From assembly GCA_016930595.1 (NCBI GenBank), contig JAFGGJ010000042.1, positions 51,517-115,516 on the forward strand: a stretch of 64,000 nucleotides of DNA, in the 5' to 3' direction. Numbering within the stretch: the stretch's first letter is position 1; every line of letters begins with the position of its first letter. Shown here piece after piece: positions 7,944-16,824 of this stretch. A program made the translations under genes and the position numbers. The notes beneath the pieces are model-generated. The model was given only the letters and a program-made list of their open reading frames with translations, made no database searches and was not told the origin of the DNA. Origin of the DNA: Planctomycetota bacterium. GTDB lineage: Bacteria; Planctomycetota; SZUA-567; JAFGGJ01.

Positions 7944-10151
7944 ATGAACAAGACCGCCGTGGCACTGACCCTGTCTATTCTCGGAGCGCTGGTTCTGCGC
8001 GTGCTCTTCTTTGTCGGCGTGGGCGCGGGCTTCTACCTGTTCCAACAGAATGCCCGGGAACAACACCGGCGGGATGAACCGAAGCCCGCCCCGGTCACGC
8101 CGGATTACTGGTCTGACCGCCCCGAACCCGCCCCCGTCGCCCCGCCCGAACCCGTAGTATCCCACCGGGTGGCGCTCAAAACCCGGATCTCCTCCTGGCG
8201 CTGGGAAGGTCTCGACGAAAATACCCCCGACGACGAAAAACCTTCGGTCTTCGACATCGAAGGCGTCATCAGGGAACAGATGCTCAAGGCCGGCGTCGGC
8301 GTGGCCGCCGAAGGCGACCCCGTCAGCGCTACCGTCCTTGTCGAATTCTCCGAATCCAAGGGCGACGGCTACGGCTTCACTCCCTACTCTGTCGACTTCT
8401 ACGGCACGGATATGCACTGCAACGTCCGCATCCTCGACGGGAACATGGACGAGATCATCGAATTCAACATGTACGGCAGCCCTCCCCATACCGTCGAATC
8501 GGGCGGCGTCTACGCCGCTGCCGCCAGGAGTCTCAAGGCCTGCCCCGAATTCGATCGTCTCGGCGACTTCATCGCCGCAGTCGCAGGCAACCACGCCGCC
8601 GCCGCAGGACTCGTGCCGCTCCTCGCCGACCACGGTTTGTCTGAAAACGTCGCCTCCATACTCGATTCCATCGATTACTCCCTGGACGCGCCACGCGACC
8701 AGGCATACCTCGCCGTCGCTGTCGGCTCCTTCGAAGAATGCTCCGCTCTCGGCGAACCCGCCGTCGAAGCGCTCGATGCCGCCGTCTCCCACCACGACTG
8801 CGCCGGCTCATGGGAACAGCACTCATCCATTGCCGGGACCCTGGCCGCCATCGGCGGCGCCAGGGCCAGGGAAGCCCTCCGCCGCCAGCTCGTCCGCCTC
8901 GTCGACGTCGAAGTGCTTTATACCGCGGCCAATACGCCCGACGATGACGGCTTTGTAAATGAAGATTTCGACATCGGCGACAGGGAAGACTTCCTCGAGG
9001 CCCTCGTTTCCGTCATCAGAGCCCAGGCCGACGCGGGCGACCAATTTGACCTGGACCTCCTCTCCCGCCTCGCCGCCTCTCAGGATGCGTCCATCGCCGC
9101 CGCCGCCGCCGCGGCTTACAACGCCCTATGGCAGAAAGTCGGCCCTTCGCCGCAGAGTCTTCCTGCCGCACAGAAGGGCCGCCTTAAAATCATCCTGAAA
9201 ACCGGTGAAACCTCCTGGAGCAACGATTCGCCTTTCGATATTACCGCCAATTTCAAAAAGTGCCTCGAAGACATCCATGTCCAGGTGGTCCCGGACGGTT
9301 CCCCCGCCGACGGCGTCGTACTTCTCGACTACCAGGAACGCCGCGCCGGCGATAGAACCGTCGAGTTCGGTTTGGCTCCGCTCATTTCCACAACATACTA
9401 CATCCCCTGCACCATCGCCGTCCTCGACCCCCGCCGCCGCAACACCTGTCGCGTCGCCGCGGCTTACAACGGTATCATGGACGTAAACACCCGCAGGAAC
9501 GTCTTCGCAGGCGATCTCAGATCCCTCAGGGAAGCCGGTATCCTCCAGGATGCCGCCCTCGCCGTGGCCGCGGCCCTCGGCAGTCCCGCCGCTCTCGAAG
9601 AATGCGTCCCGCGCCTCGCCGATAACGGCATAAGATCCTCCTGGCTCCAGCTCTTCAACGCGCACTCCTTCCAGCCCCAGAAGCCTGAAAACAAGGCTTA
9701 CCTCGCCGCCGCACGCGGGAATTTCGAAGAATGCCTCCCCCTCGGCAGCGCCGCCGTCAAACCCATGGCCGCATACCTCAAAAGCGCAACCGCAGGCGGC
9801 CTCGACCTCGCACAGGTCGATCTCGTCTGCGGCACCGCCGCCGTCCTTGAACGCTCCGGCGGCCCCGCGGCGCGCAGCGCCGTCCTGAACGCTCTCGAAC
9901 GGTTCGAATGCAGGGAAAAGCCCGCTGAAGACGAAGAAGACTACTATTACTATGAAGAAGACGGCAACGAAGAACGCCTTGAAAAAGAAGCCCTCGCCGC
10001 CGCCGCACTCCTCAAGGCCCTCGGCGCCCTGGGAGATGAATTCAGCATCAAGCACGTCTCCAGGTTCCTTGACGACCGGCGCGACGCCGTCTCGACGGCC
10101 GCCGCAGAAGCCTTGTCTCGGCTCAAAACCAGGCTCAAACAGGAGGATTGA
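7944..10151 (+). CDS. Membrane-anchored protein with HEAT/PBS-lyase-like repeats and an acidic Tyr-rich tail
   Basis: Start MNKTAVALTLSILGALVLRVLFFVGVGAGFYLF gives an N-terminal TM helix. Internal duplicated segments (DQAYLAVAVGSFEECSALGEPAVEALDAAV vs NKAYLAAARGNFEECLPLGSAAVKPMAAYL). C-terminus EDEEDYYYYEEDGNEERLEKEALAAAALLKALGALGD is HEAT-like. RBS AAGGGGA is upstream. Confidence 0.6.
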   Translation: MNKTAVALTLSILGALVLRVLFFVGVGAGFYLFQQNAREQHRRDEPKPAPVTPDYWSDRPEPAPVAPPEPVVSHRVALKTRISSWRWEGLDENTPDDEKPSVFDIEGVIREQMLKAGVGVAAEGDPVSATVLVEFSESKGDGYGFTPYSVDFYGTDMHCNVRILDGNMDEIIEFNMYGSPPHTVESGGVYAAAARSLKACPEFDRLGDFIAAVAGNHAAAAGLVPLLADHGLSENVASILDSIDYSLDAPRDQAYLAVAVGSFEECSALGEPAVEALDAAVSHHDCAGSWEQHSSIAGTLAAIGGARAREALRRQLVRLVDVEVLYTAANTPDDDGFVNEDFDIGDREDFLEALVSVIRAQADAGDQFDLDLLSRLAASQDASIAAAAAAAYNALWQKVGPSPQSLPAAQKGRLKIILKTGETSWSNDSPFDITANFKKCLEDIHVQVVPDGSPADGVVLLDYQERRAGDRTVEFGLAPLISTTYYIPCTIAVLDPRRRNTCRVAAAYNGIMDVNTRRNVFAGDLRSLREAGILQDAALAVAAALGSPAALEECVPRLADNGIRSSWLQLFNAHSFQPQKPENKAYLAAARGNFEECLPLGSAAVKPMAAYLKSATAGGLDLAQVDLVCGTAAVLERSGGPAARSAVLNALERFECREKPAEDEEDYYYYEEDGNEERLEKEALAAAALLKALGALGDEFSIKHVSRFLDDRRDAVSTAAAEALSRLKTRLKQED

Positions 10152-11143
10152 TAATGCCCTGCCGCTTTCGCGTCTTCGGGCGCGGCCCCTTCCGGGCCTG
10201 CCTTGCATGCATCGCTCTGGCATGTCCATCCGCCCTGCTCTCCGAAGAACCCGCCGACGTCCCCAGTGAATGGCGCTCCGTCGTCGGCCGGGGCGGTGGA
10301 ATCTCTCAAATAGAGGAAGTGTATGAGCATCCCGAGATGTTCGACTGGGGCCCCGGCAGCACCCTCAACGAATCCGACAACACCGTTGTCAATGGCACGG
10401 CCGCCGCCGGCGGTCCCGCAACCGTCGAAACCCTCCGCCAGACATACGAAAATATCCAGCGGCAGATCGCCGACATAGACAGCCGTATCGAACGCGCCGC
10501 TGGGAACATCCGGGACAAAGACGCCCGCAAAGCCGCCATCCCCGCCAAAATAGCCGCCGCACGGCAGGTCATGCTCAGGCAAATCGAAGAATACCGCAGG
10601 CTCAGGGACGAGTACGAAGTCCATATCCAGGGCCTTGTCGCCCAGGGCTACGCCACGCGTGCTCCCTCCTTGGATACCATCATGGACGACGACCCGAAGA
10701 ACCCCGTGCGCTACAACATCGCCACCGCCAAGCTCAATGCTTTCAAAGCGGCCAGGGCCAGGGCCGACGAACAAAGCGCAATCGTGGATAAGCTCTCCGG
10801 CGAACTCCGCAATATCCCCACCGAACGCTCAAAATTGGAAGCCGAACTTGCCGCCCTGCGCAGGCAGAAGGCCGTCAAGCAGCAGGAACTCGGCCTCATC
10901 AGCCGGCGCGCCGGCCTTGTCGACGACGACCTCGGCCTGTCCACTTCGACTCATTCCACGGGAGGCTCCGGCGTAGACCGGGTCTACTTCGACTCCGGCA
11001 CCGCCGTATCTCCGGCGCCCAAAGGTGCCGGCATAGACAACGTCTACGTCCCGCCGGTCAAGGTGCCTCCCAGGACCAAGGGCTTCCTCGACAAGATCCG
11101 GGAAGCCGCCGACCGGCTCAGTGATTACCTCCAGGGTGAATGA
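10148..11143 (+). CDS. Secreted coiled-coil protein (hypothetical)
   Basis: TTG start overlapping the stop of the upstream gene (4-nt overlap). Signal-like N-terminus (FRACLACIALACPSALLS). Long heptad-like segments (IQRQIADIDSRIERAAGNIRDKDARKAAIPAKIAAARQVMLRQIEEYRRLRDEYE...). Confidence 0.5.
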   Translation: MIMPCRFRVFGRGPFRACLACIALACPSALLSEEPADVPSEWRSVVGRGGGISQIEEVYEHPEMFDWGPGSTLNESDNTVVNGTAAAGGPATVETLRQTYENIQRQIADIDSRIERAAGNIRDKDARKAAIPAKIAAARQVMLRQIEEYRRLRDEYEVHIQGLVAQGYATRAPSLDTIMDDDPKNPVRYNIATAKLNAFKAARARADEQSAIVDKLSGELRNIPTERSKLEAELAALRRQKAVKQQELGLISRRAGLVDDDLGLSTSTHSTGGSGVDRVYFDSGTAVSPAPKGAGIDNVYVPPVKVPPRTKGFLDKIREAADRLSDYLQGE

Positions 11144-11165
11144 CTCCGTGCCGCCGGGAGAAAAC

Positions 11166-13673
11166 ATGCCGCTGAAATCTCTTCGGGCGCGCGCCCTGCT
11201 CCCGCTCTTCGCGGCCGCAGCCCTTCTGTGCCTTCCCCTCGCCGCCCAGCAGAACCGTGTCTCCTCCCTCCAGCAGTATATCGAACAGGAAAAATGGGAC
11301 TCTGCCCTGCCCATCCTCAAAGACCTCCTCGCAAAACATCCCGACGATGCCTCCCTCTGGCTCCTCTGCGGCGAAGCTTACAGTCGCCTCAACGACCCCC
11401 TCAACGCCCACGTCCACCTGCGCCGCTATCTCCGCCTGGCTCCCTTCGAAAAAGACCGCGACCAGGTGGTCTTGATGCTCGAAGCCACGCAGGCCCGGTT
11501 GATGTGCCTGGCCGCCGAACGTATCAACGCCGGTGAATTCGCCGCCGCCGACAGCTTCCTCCGGGAAGTTGAACAGGCACGCCCCGATTCCCCCGCCGTT
11601 CATTTCAACCGCGCACTTTGCATGGCCGCCGCCGGCCTCCCCCTCGAAGCCTTCGCACGTCTCGCTCTCTGCGCCCACTACGACCCCTCCTCGGCCGACA
11701 GGGTCGCCGCACGGCGCGCCGCTCTCCAGCCCGCCCTCGATGCAACGGGGCTTCCCCCCCGGGCCGTCGACGCCTTCGCCGACGCACGCGTCGCACTTGC
11801 CGCAGGCAAACTCGCCGAAGCCGGCTTGGCTCTGGATAACGCCCTCGAATCCGCCCCCGAACAACCGGATTTCCTCTATTACAAGGCCCTTGTGCTGGCG
11901 CGAAGCGGCAGGCCTCTGCCGGCCGTCGCATGGCTTTCGGCGGCACGCGCCCTCTCCGCGGACGCGGAACAACGTAAAACCATGACCGCCCTCGTCGAAA
12001 GCCTCCTCCAGGCCGTGCGTCTCCAGCAGGCCGCGATCCTCGGCGAAGCCTTCGCCGACGCACGCAAGCTCCCCGGCCAGCCCCGCCTCGATGCCTTCTG
12101 GCACCTCGTCGAAGCCTCCGCCGCCGTCGGATCCACGGACGCCATTAATTCCTTCTGGCGCGAGCTCCAGTTCAGCAACGCAGACAGCCCTTTCAGGGAC
12201 GCGGGACTCCTGGCCATGGCCGTCTTTTACGCCCCGCATTCACAGCCGGGACTTTCCGTCGGTGTCTACGGGCGTATCAAGGACCTCTCGGCGCGCGATG
12301 AAGCCGTCTGCTCCACCGTCGTGGCGCGCTGCGCCCCCCGAAACCTGGACCGCTCCTCCGCTCCGCCGGCGGACGGCGCCGTCTCGCCGTTTTCGGAATC
12401 CTTCGACACTGTGGTCCTCCCAAGGCCCTGCAGGCGTGAAATTCATCCCCGCTCCATCACCTCCGTCAGGGCGGGCGCCGCCGGCCGCATCGCCGAAGTG
12501 GCCGCGGTCCCGGGCCGCCTTGTCGAGCGCGGCGGCGTGGTCGCCCTCCTGGACGACGCCGGCGGCATCTGCAGCACCGTCCCGGGCGTCGTCGAAGCCG
12601 TCCTTGTCCAACCCGGCGAACTCGTCCTCCCCTTCACCACGGTCTGCCTCGTTTCTCCCGGCGACTGGACTGATTTCGTCCCCACGCTCCCGGGGCAGCA
12701 GGGCCGCAGGCTCAGGCCTGATTACTCTCCCGACTTCTCCCGTATTTCCGCCGAAGCCGACACGATTGTCTCTCCCCTGCGCAGGTGCCGGGCTTTCCTG
12801 GCCCTGGCGGCCATGCAGATCGATTTCGACAAGCATGATGCCGCACATGCCTCGCTCCGCAACGCCGCCGACGCCGCCGAAGCCGCCGAATGGACCGAAG
12901 GCTACCTCCATGAGCATGACCGCACCTTCGCACGCCTCTGTTTCCTCCAGGCCCTGGCCGCCTGCCCCGCCGATGTCGTCCTCCACTCCGCCGCAGCCGT
13001 TCAGGATGTGCGCGGGCGCGACCTCGCCCTGGTCAACGCCTGCTTCGCCGCCGCCTCCCGGCCCGATTTCGACCAGGCCGGCCTCCACAGGCTCGCCGCC
13101 GCCGTCTCGAAAAACAGCCCTTGCGCCGTTGGCGCTCTCGCCGGGCGGACGCGCGGCGCTGAATCGAGCGCCCTCCTCCGCCTCAAACTCAAAAAAGACG
13201 TCCTCGCCGCCGCCTCCTCCGCCGGCGCACTGCAGGATCCCGCCGACAAGGCCGCCGCCCTACTCTTCTTCGCACGCGCCTGCCTGAACATACGCAAGCC
13301 CGCAGAATCCGCCGCCGCACTGAAAAAAGCCCTCGCCGCCGCAGAAACGATAGACGATGGCTTCTCGCGCGGCTATCTCTTCCGCCGGGCCGCCGTCCTC
13401 TATCGCGACTCCGGCGACGGCGGAACCGCTTCCGCCGTCGCGGCGCGCTCCCAGGCCGCACTCTGGCTCGCTCTCGCACGCGGCGGAAATTGGCGCGGCC
13501 GCTCCTGGGCCGCCATGGATGTCGTCGCCTCTCCCGACGCCCTGGTCGCACGGGCACGCGCCCTCCCGCCCGCCCAGCGGGTTCACCGCTTCGCCGACAT
13601 CGCCCTCCTGCACGCACTCGCCGCCGAACCCGTTTTCGATCTGCACCGCGTCCTGAAAGCGGAAGAGCACTGA
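11166..13673 (+). CDS. Large TPR-repeat protein with signal peptide
   Basis: ATG at 11166 (MPLKSLRARALLPLFAAAALLCLPLAAQQ) preceded by GGGAG. Multiple TPR-like helical pairs (ASLWLLCGEAYSRLNDPLNAHVHLRRYLRLAP...). Same strand and tightly packed with its neighbours. Confidence 0.6.
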   Translation: MPLKSLRARALLPLFAAAALLCLPLAAQQNRVSSLQQYIEQEKWDSALPILKDLLAKHPDDASLWLLCGEAYSRLNDPLNAHVHLRRYLRLAPFEKDRDQVVLMLEATQARLMCLAAERINAGEFAAADSFLREVEQARPDSPAVHFNRALCMAAAGLPLEAFARLALCAHYDPSSADRVAARRAALQPALDATGLPPRAVDAFADARVALAAGKLAEAGLALDNALESAPEQPDFLYYKALVLARSGRPLPAVAWLSAARALSADAEQRKTMTALVESLLQAVRLQQAAILGEAFADARKLPGQPRLDAFWHLVEASAAVGSTDAINSFWRELQFSNADSPFRDAGLLAMAVFYAPHSQPGLSVGVYGRIKDLSARDEAVCSTVVARCAPRNLDRSSAPPADGAVSPFSESFDTVVLPRPCRREIHPRSITSVRAGAAGRIAEVAAVPGRLVERGGVVALLDDAGGICSTVPGVVEAVLVQPGELVLPFTTVCLVSPGDWTDFVPTLPGQQGRRLRPDYSPDFSRISAEADTIVSPLRRCRAFLALAAMQIDFDKHDAAHASLRNAADAAEAAEWTEGYLHEHDRTFARLCFLQALAACPADVVLHSAAAVQDVRGRDLALVNACFAAASRPDFDQAGLHRLAAAVSKNSPCAVGALAGRTRGAESSALLRLKLKKDVLAAASSAGALQDPADKAAALLFFARACLNIRKPAESAAALKKALAAAETIDDGFSRGYLFRRAAVLYRDSGDGGTASAVAARSQAALWLALARGGNWRGRSWAAMDVVASPDALVARARALPPAQRVHRFADIALLHALAAEPVFDLHRVLKAEEH

Positions 13674-13752
13674 CGCCCCCTCCCCCTTGCGTCCGCCCGC
13701 CGGGCTGTTATCATATCGGAAACCCGCTGGGTCTCTTCAGGGAAGGATCCGC

Positions 13753-14802
13753 ATGCCGCCGCCGGTCAGGCGAAAGCAACGCTCTCTCCGCCCCGGCCCG
13801 TTCCTGCTCCTGGGAACGGTCCTCCTCGCCGCCGCGGGATGTTCCAGCTCTCCTGTCTCCTCCCGGCTTTCCCCGGCCCCGTCCTTCGTTCCGCTCCTCT
13901 CCTGCGCGGAGCTTCTCCCCGCAGCCGAAGGCGACCCGGCGGAAAACCCCCTCCCTGAACCCTTCGACCCCGTCACGACCGCCGGCACCGGCGACATTAT
14001 TGCCGGAGACGGCGCGGATGTCTTCGACACCAACAGCTACGCCCGTTACAGCGCTCTCGAAGCGCGCGCCGGCGGCTTCCTCCCGGTCAAGCTCTCCGAC
14101 CGCTACCACGACGGCTTCACCAACTGGGATGTCGGCGTACTCATCCGCCAGTACGAAGACCCCCTGAAAGCCGGCGGCTCCATCGAAAAGGACGAGTTCA
14201 TCCAGAAGCCCGGCTACTTCGGCATGGCCGTCTACACCGGAAAAACCGGCGACAACCAGTTGAGCCGCCTGGAATTCTCCTACGCCAAGTCCTGGCGCGC
14301 ACAGAACCTCTACTTCGTCGCCGACCTCGGCTTCGCCGGCCTCGCCGCCGGCATGCCCTCGCAGTCCAGCCAGAAAATCGGCTGCTACTACTATATCCCG
14401 GGCCTCCCCGTCAGGAGCGGCATCGTCTACGAAGGCCGCAGCGCCGACTACTCCTCCTGGCCCACCGGCCGCTGGGACGGCCTCCGCATCGTCGGCGAAT
14501 ACTACGGCCTCAACCGCACCATCTTCTCCGCCTCCTACGCCCTCTCCCTCGACGACGAAGGCGACACCGAAAACCAGTTCTTCGTCGAAGCCCGCTACTT
14601 CCCCTTCGACGACTACTACTTCTCCTTCTCCGACGAATACAACGTCTACCCCGACGACACCTGGGAATACCTCCTCAACCTCGGCATCGGCTACAACCAC
14701 GGCAACAAGTGGACCGTCGATTTCGACTTCAGCGCGCGGGACGCCTCTTGCGCTACCGCGATGAGTTTCTCCGCCACCGTCCGCTTCACCTACCGTAATT
14801 GA
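13753..14802 (+). CDS. Lipoprotein with beta-strand-rich aromatic C-terminal domain (putative outer-membrane beta-barrel)
   Basis: ATG at 13753 after GGGAAGGA. Lipobox LLAAAGC-SS. The rest has alternating aromatic/polar pattern (YFGMAVYTGKTGDNQLSRLEFSYAKSWRAQNLYFVADLGFAGLAAG...). Last gene of the same-strand cluster. Confidence 0.55.
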   Translation: MPPPVRRKQRSLRPGPFLLLGTVLLAAAGCSSSPVSSRLSPAPSFVPLLSCAELLPAAEGDPAENPLPEPFDPVTTAGTGDIIAGDGADVFDTNSYARYSALEARAGGFLPVKLSDRYHDGFTNWDVGVLIRQYEDPLKAGGSIEKDEFIQKPGYFGMAVYTGKTGDNQLSRLEFSYAKSWRAQNLYFVADLGFAGLAAGMPSQSSQKIGCYYYIPGLPVRSGIVYEGRSADYSSWPTGRWDGLRIVGEYYGLNRTIFSASYALSLDDEGDTENQFFVEARYFPFDDYYFSFSDEYNVYPDDTWEYLLNLGIGYNHGNKWTVDFDFSARDASCATAMSFSATVRFTYRN

Positions 14803-14814
14803 CGCCCCGCTCCC

Positions 14815-15351
14815 TCATCCCCGCCAGGCGTCTATTATCACGATTACCCCGCCCCCGCGCATCGCCTCCAGCGCCGCACCCGTGATCGTCAGCTCCACGT
14901 CCTCCCCGTCACGGTTCACCACCACGCCTTCCTTTATCTCCGGCGTTTCCGCCGGATGCAGCTTCGTTTCCCGTCGGCCCGCGCCGGCACTGAAACCCGC
15001 GGCCTCCAGCGTCCGCAGCCCGCGCATCCTCAGCGTAACGGACTCCACCTCTCCGCCGAACGGCTTCACCCTCAGCGAAAATATCCCCCTCGCACTCCTC
15101 ATCTCGCACAGCACGTTCCGCCCCTCCGCTGCCGCGCCCAGGCGCTCGACGTGCTTCGTCTCCGCAGAATCCCAGTCGATGACGTCGTAGTCCGCCGCCG
15201 GAAACAGCTGCCCCTCCGCCTCCTCCGCCGCCACCGCGCGCGCCGCCGGCGCCGCGGGACCCTTGTCGTCCGCCGGAACCGGCGCCGCCGCATGCGAACA
15301 GCACCCGGCGCAGATCAGCGCCGCCATTGTCGCCTTTCCATATCGCGGCAC
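14815..15351 (-). CDS. Hypothetical lipoprotein
   Basis: 178-aa ORF with N-terminal MAALICAGCC lipobox-like signal. Lies downstream of the sulfatase on the same strand. Confidence 0.45.
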   Translation of the reverse strand: MPRYGKATMAALICAGCCSHAAAPVPADDKGPAAPAARAVAAEEAEGQLFPAADYDVIDWDSAETKHVERLGAAAEGRNVLCEMRSARGIFSLRVKPFGGEVESVTLRMRGLRTLEAAGFSAGAGRRETKLHPAETPEIKEGVVVNRDGEDVELTITGAALEAMRGGGVIVIIDAWRG

Positions 15352-15365
15352 GCCCCGCCTCCACT

Positions 15366-16778
15366 TCAGAACCGGTAGTAAGGTGTCAGCCTGCTCTTCG
15401 ACGCCTCCAGCATCCGCTGCAGCGCCGTCTCACGCATCCTCTCCAGCAACCTCGGCTGGTCCGCCGCACGGTTCAGCGTCTCGTGCGGGTCGTCCTCCAG
15501 GTCGTACAGCACCTCCGCGTCGTTCCCGTACCTTATGTACTTCTGCGTCGCCGTCCGGACCATGATGTTCCCAGGCTCGTGGTACGCCAGCGCCGACTCC
15601 CGCGCCGGCACGTCGTCGCCCGCCAGCAACTCCTCCGCATAGTTCCTCCCCGTCATCGCCTCCGGCACAAAACACCCCGACAGCCCCAGCATCGTCGGCA
15701 GCAGGTCCACCATTTCCACCAGCGACTCCACCCTCCGCCCCCCCGTCCCGAACCCCCTCGGCCAGAACAGCACGCACGGCTGCCTCATCAGCTCGTCGTA
15801 GTACGATATCTGCTTCAGTATCATCCCGTGGTCGCCGCACATGTCCCCGTGGTCGCTCGAAAACACTATCAGCGTGTCGTCCAGCAGCCCCTGCGCCTCC
15901 AGCTTCTCCAGCACGCGCCCCACCGCCAGGTCCACGCCCGTCACCATCGCGTAGAAGTGCCGCCGGTAATCAATGAACCTCTCCTCCTCCCAGTCCGCGC
16001 ACATCCTCAGCATCCTCGACAGCGGCTCCGGCTTGTCGTCCCACTCGTTCTCCCCTCGGAACGGCCGAGGTATCTCTCGCCCATCGTACGGCTCGAACAT
16101 CTCCCTCGTCGGATTCAGCGGCGGGTGCGGCGCATAGAACCCCAGATGCACGAACTGCCTCGTCCTCCGGTACTTCTCCAGCCGCGACCTCTCCAGGAAC
16201 CGGCACGCCTCCTCCCCTATCCACCCCGAATGCGAATACTTCGCCGGAGCTTCCAGCACCTTCCCCTCCACCTCCCCGCCGCGCTCCGGCGACACCGGCC
16301 TCATCACGCGGAACGTGTCCACAAGGTCCGGTCTCTCCGTCGTCAGCCACGTCATGTACGCGTCCTGGTACGCCCCACCCTCCTCCGACAGCCACATCAC
16401 GTCGAACCCGTAGTCGTTACGCGGGCGCGGGTCCAGGTCGTGCTCCTCGTGATGCTGGAAATGCAGCTTCCCTATCTGCGTCGTGTGGTACCCCCCCGCC
16501 TTGAAACACCTCGCCACCGTCGGCTCGAAGTCCCACGGCAGCTCGTGCCCGTTCTGCGTCACACCCGTCTGCTGCGGGTACAGCCCCGTCATGAAACTGC
16601 ACCTCGACGGCATGCACAGCGGGTTCTGCACGTAGCACTGCTCGAAACTCACCCCCTGATTCACCAGCCTGTCCAGGTTCGGCGTGTGCATCGCCGCGTT
16701 CCCGTGCGCACCTATGCAGTCGTACCTCATGTGGTCCGTCGTTATCCAGATGACCCGCGCGGGACAGACTTTCTTCAT
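15366..16778 (-). CDS. Sulfatase (type I, formylglycine-dependent), apparently lacking a signal peptide
   Basis: 470 aa with the C-x-P-x-R signature CMPSRCSFMTG and the N-terminal metal-binding ITTDHMRYD. No hydrophobic leader, so likely cytoplasmic. Confidence 0.85.
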   Translation of the reverse strand: MKKVCPARVIWITTDHMRYDCIGAHGNAAMHTPNLDRLVNQGVSFEQCYVQNPLCMPSRCSFMTGLYPQQTGVTQNGHELPWDFEPTVARCFKAGGYHTTQIGKLHFQHHEEHDLDPRPRNDYGFDVMWLSEEGGAYQDAYMTWLTTERPDLVDTFRVMRPVSPERGGEVEGKVLEAPAKYSHSGWIGEEACRFLERSRLEKYRRTRQFVHLGFYAPHPPLNPTREMFEPYDGREIPRPFRGENEWDDKPEPLSRMLRMCADWEEERFIDYRRHFYAMVTGVDLAVGRVLEKLEAQGLLDDTLIVFSSDHGDMCGDHGMILKQISYYDELMRQPCVLFWPRGFGTGGRRVESLVEMVDLLPTMLGLSGCFVPEAMTGRNYAEELLAGDDVPARESALAYHEPGNIMVRTATQKYIRYGNDAEVLYDLEDDPHETLNRAADQPRLLERMRETALQRMLEASKSRLTPYYRF

Positions 16779-16824
16779 CCGACCGCTCCCTCCTGAATGC
16801 TCGCCGCCCTGGACCCCGGCTTCC

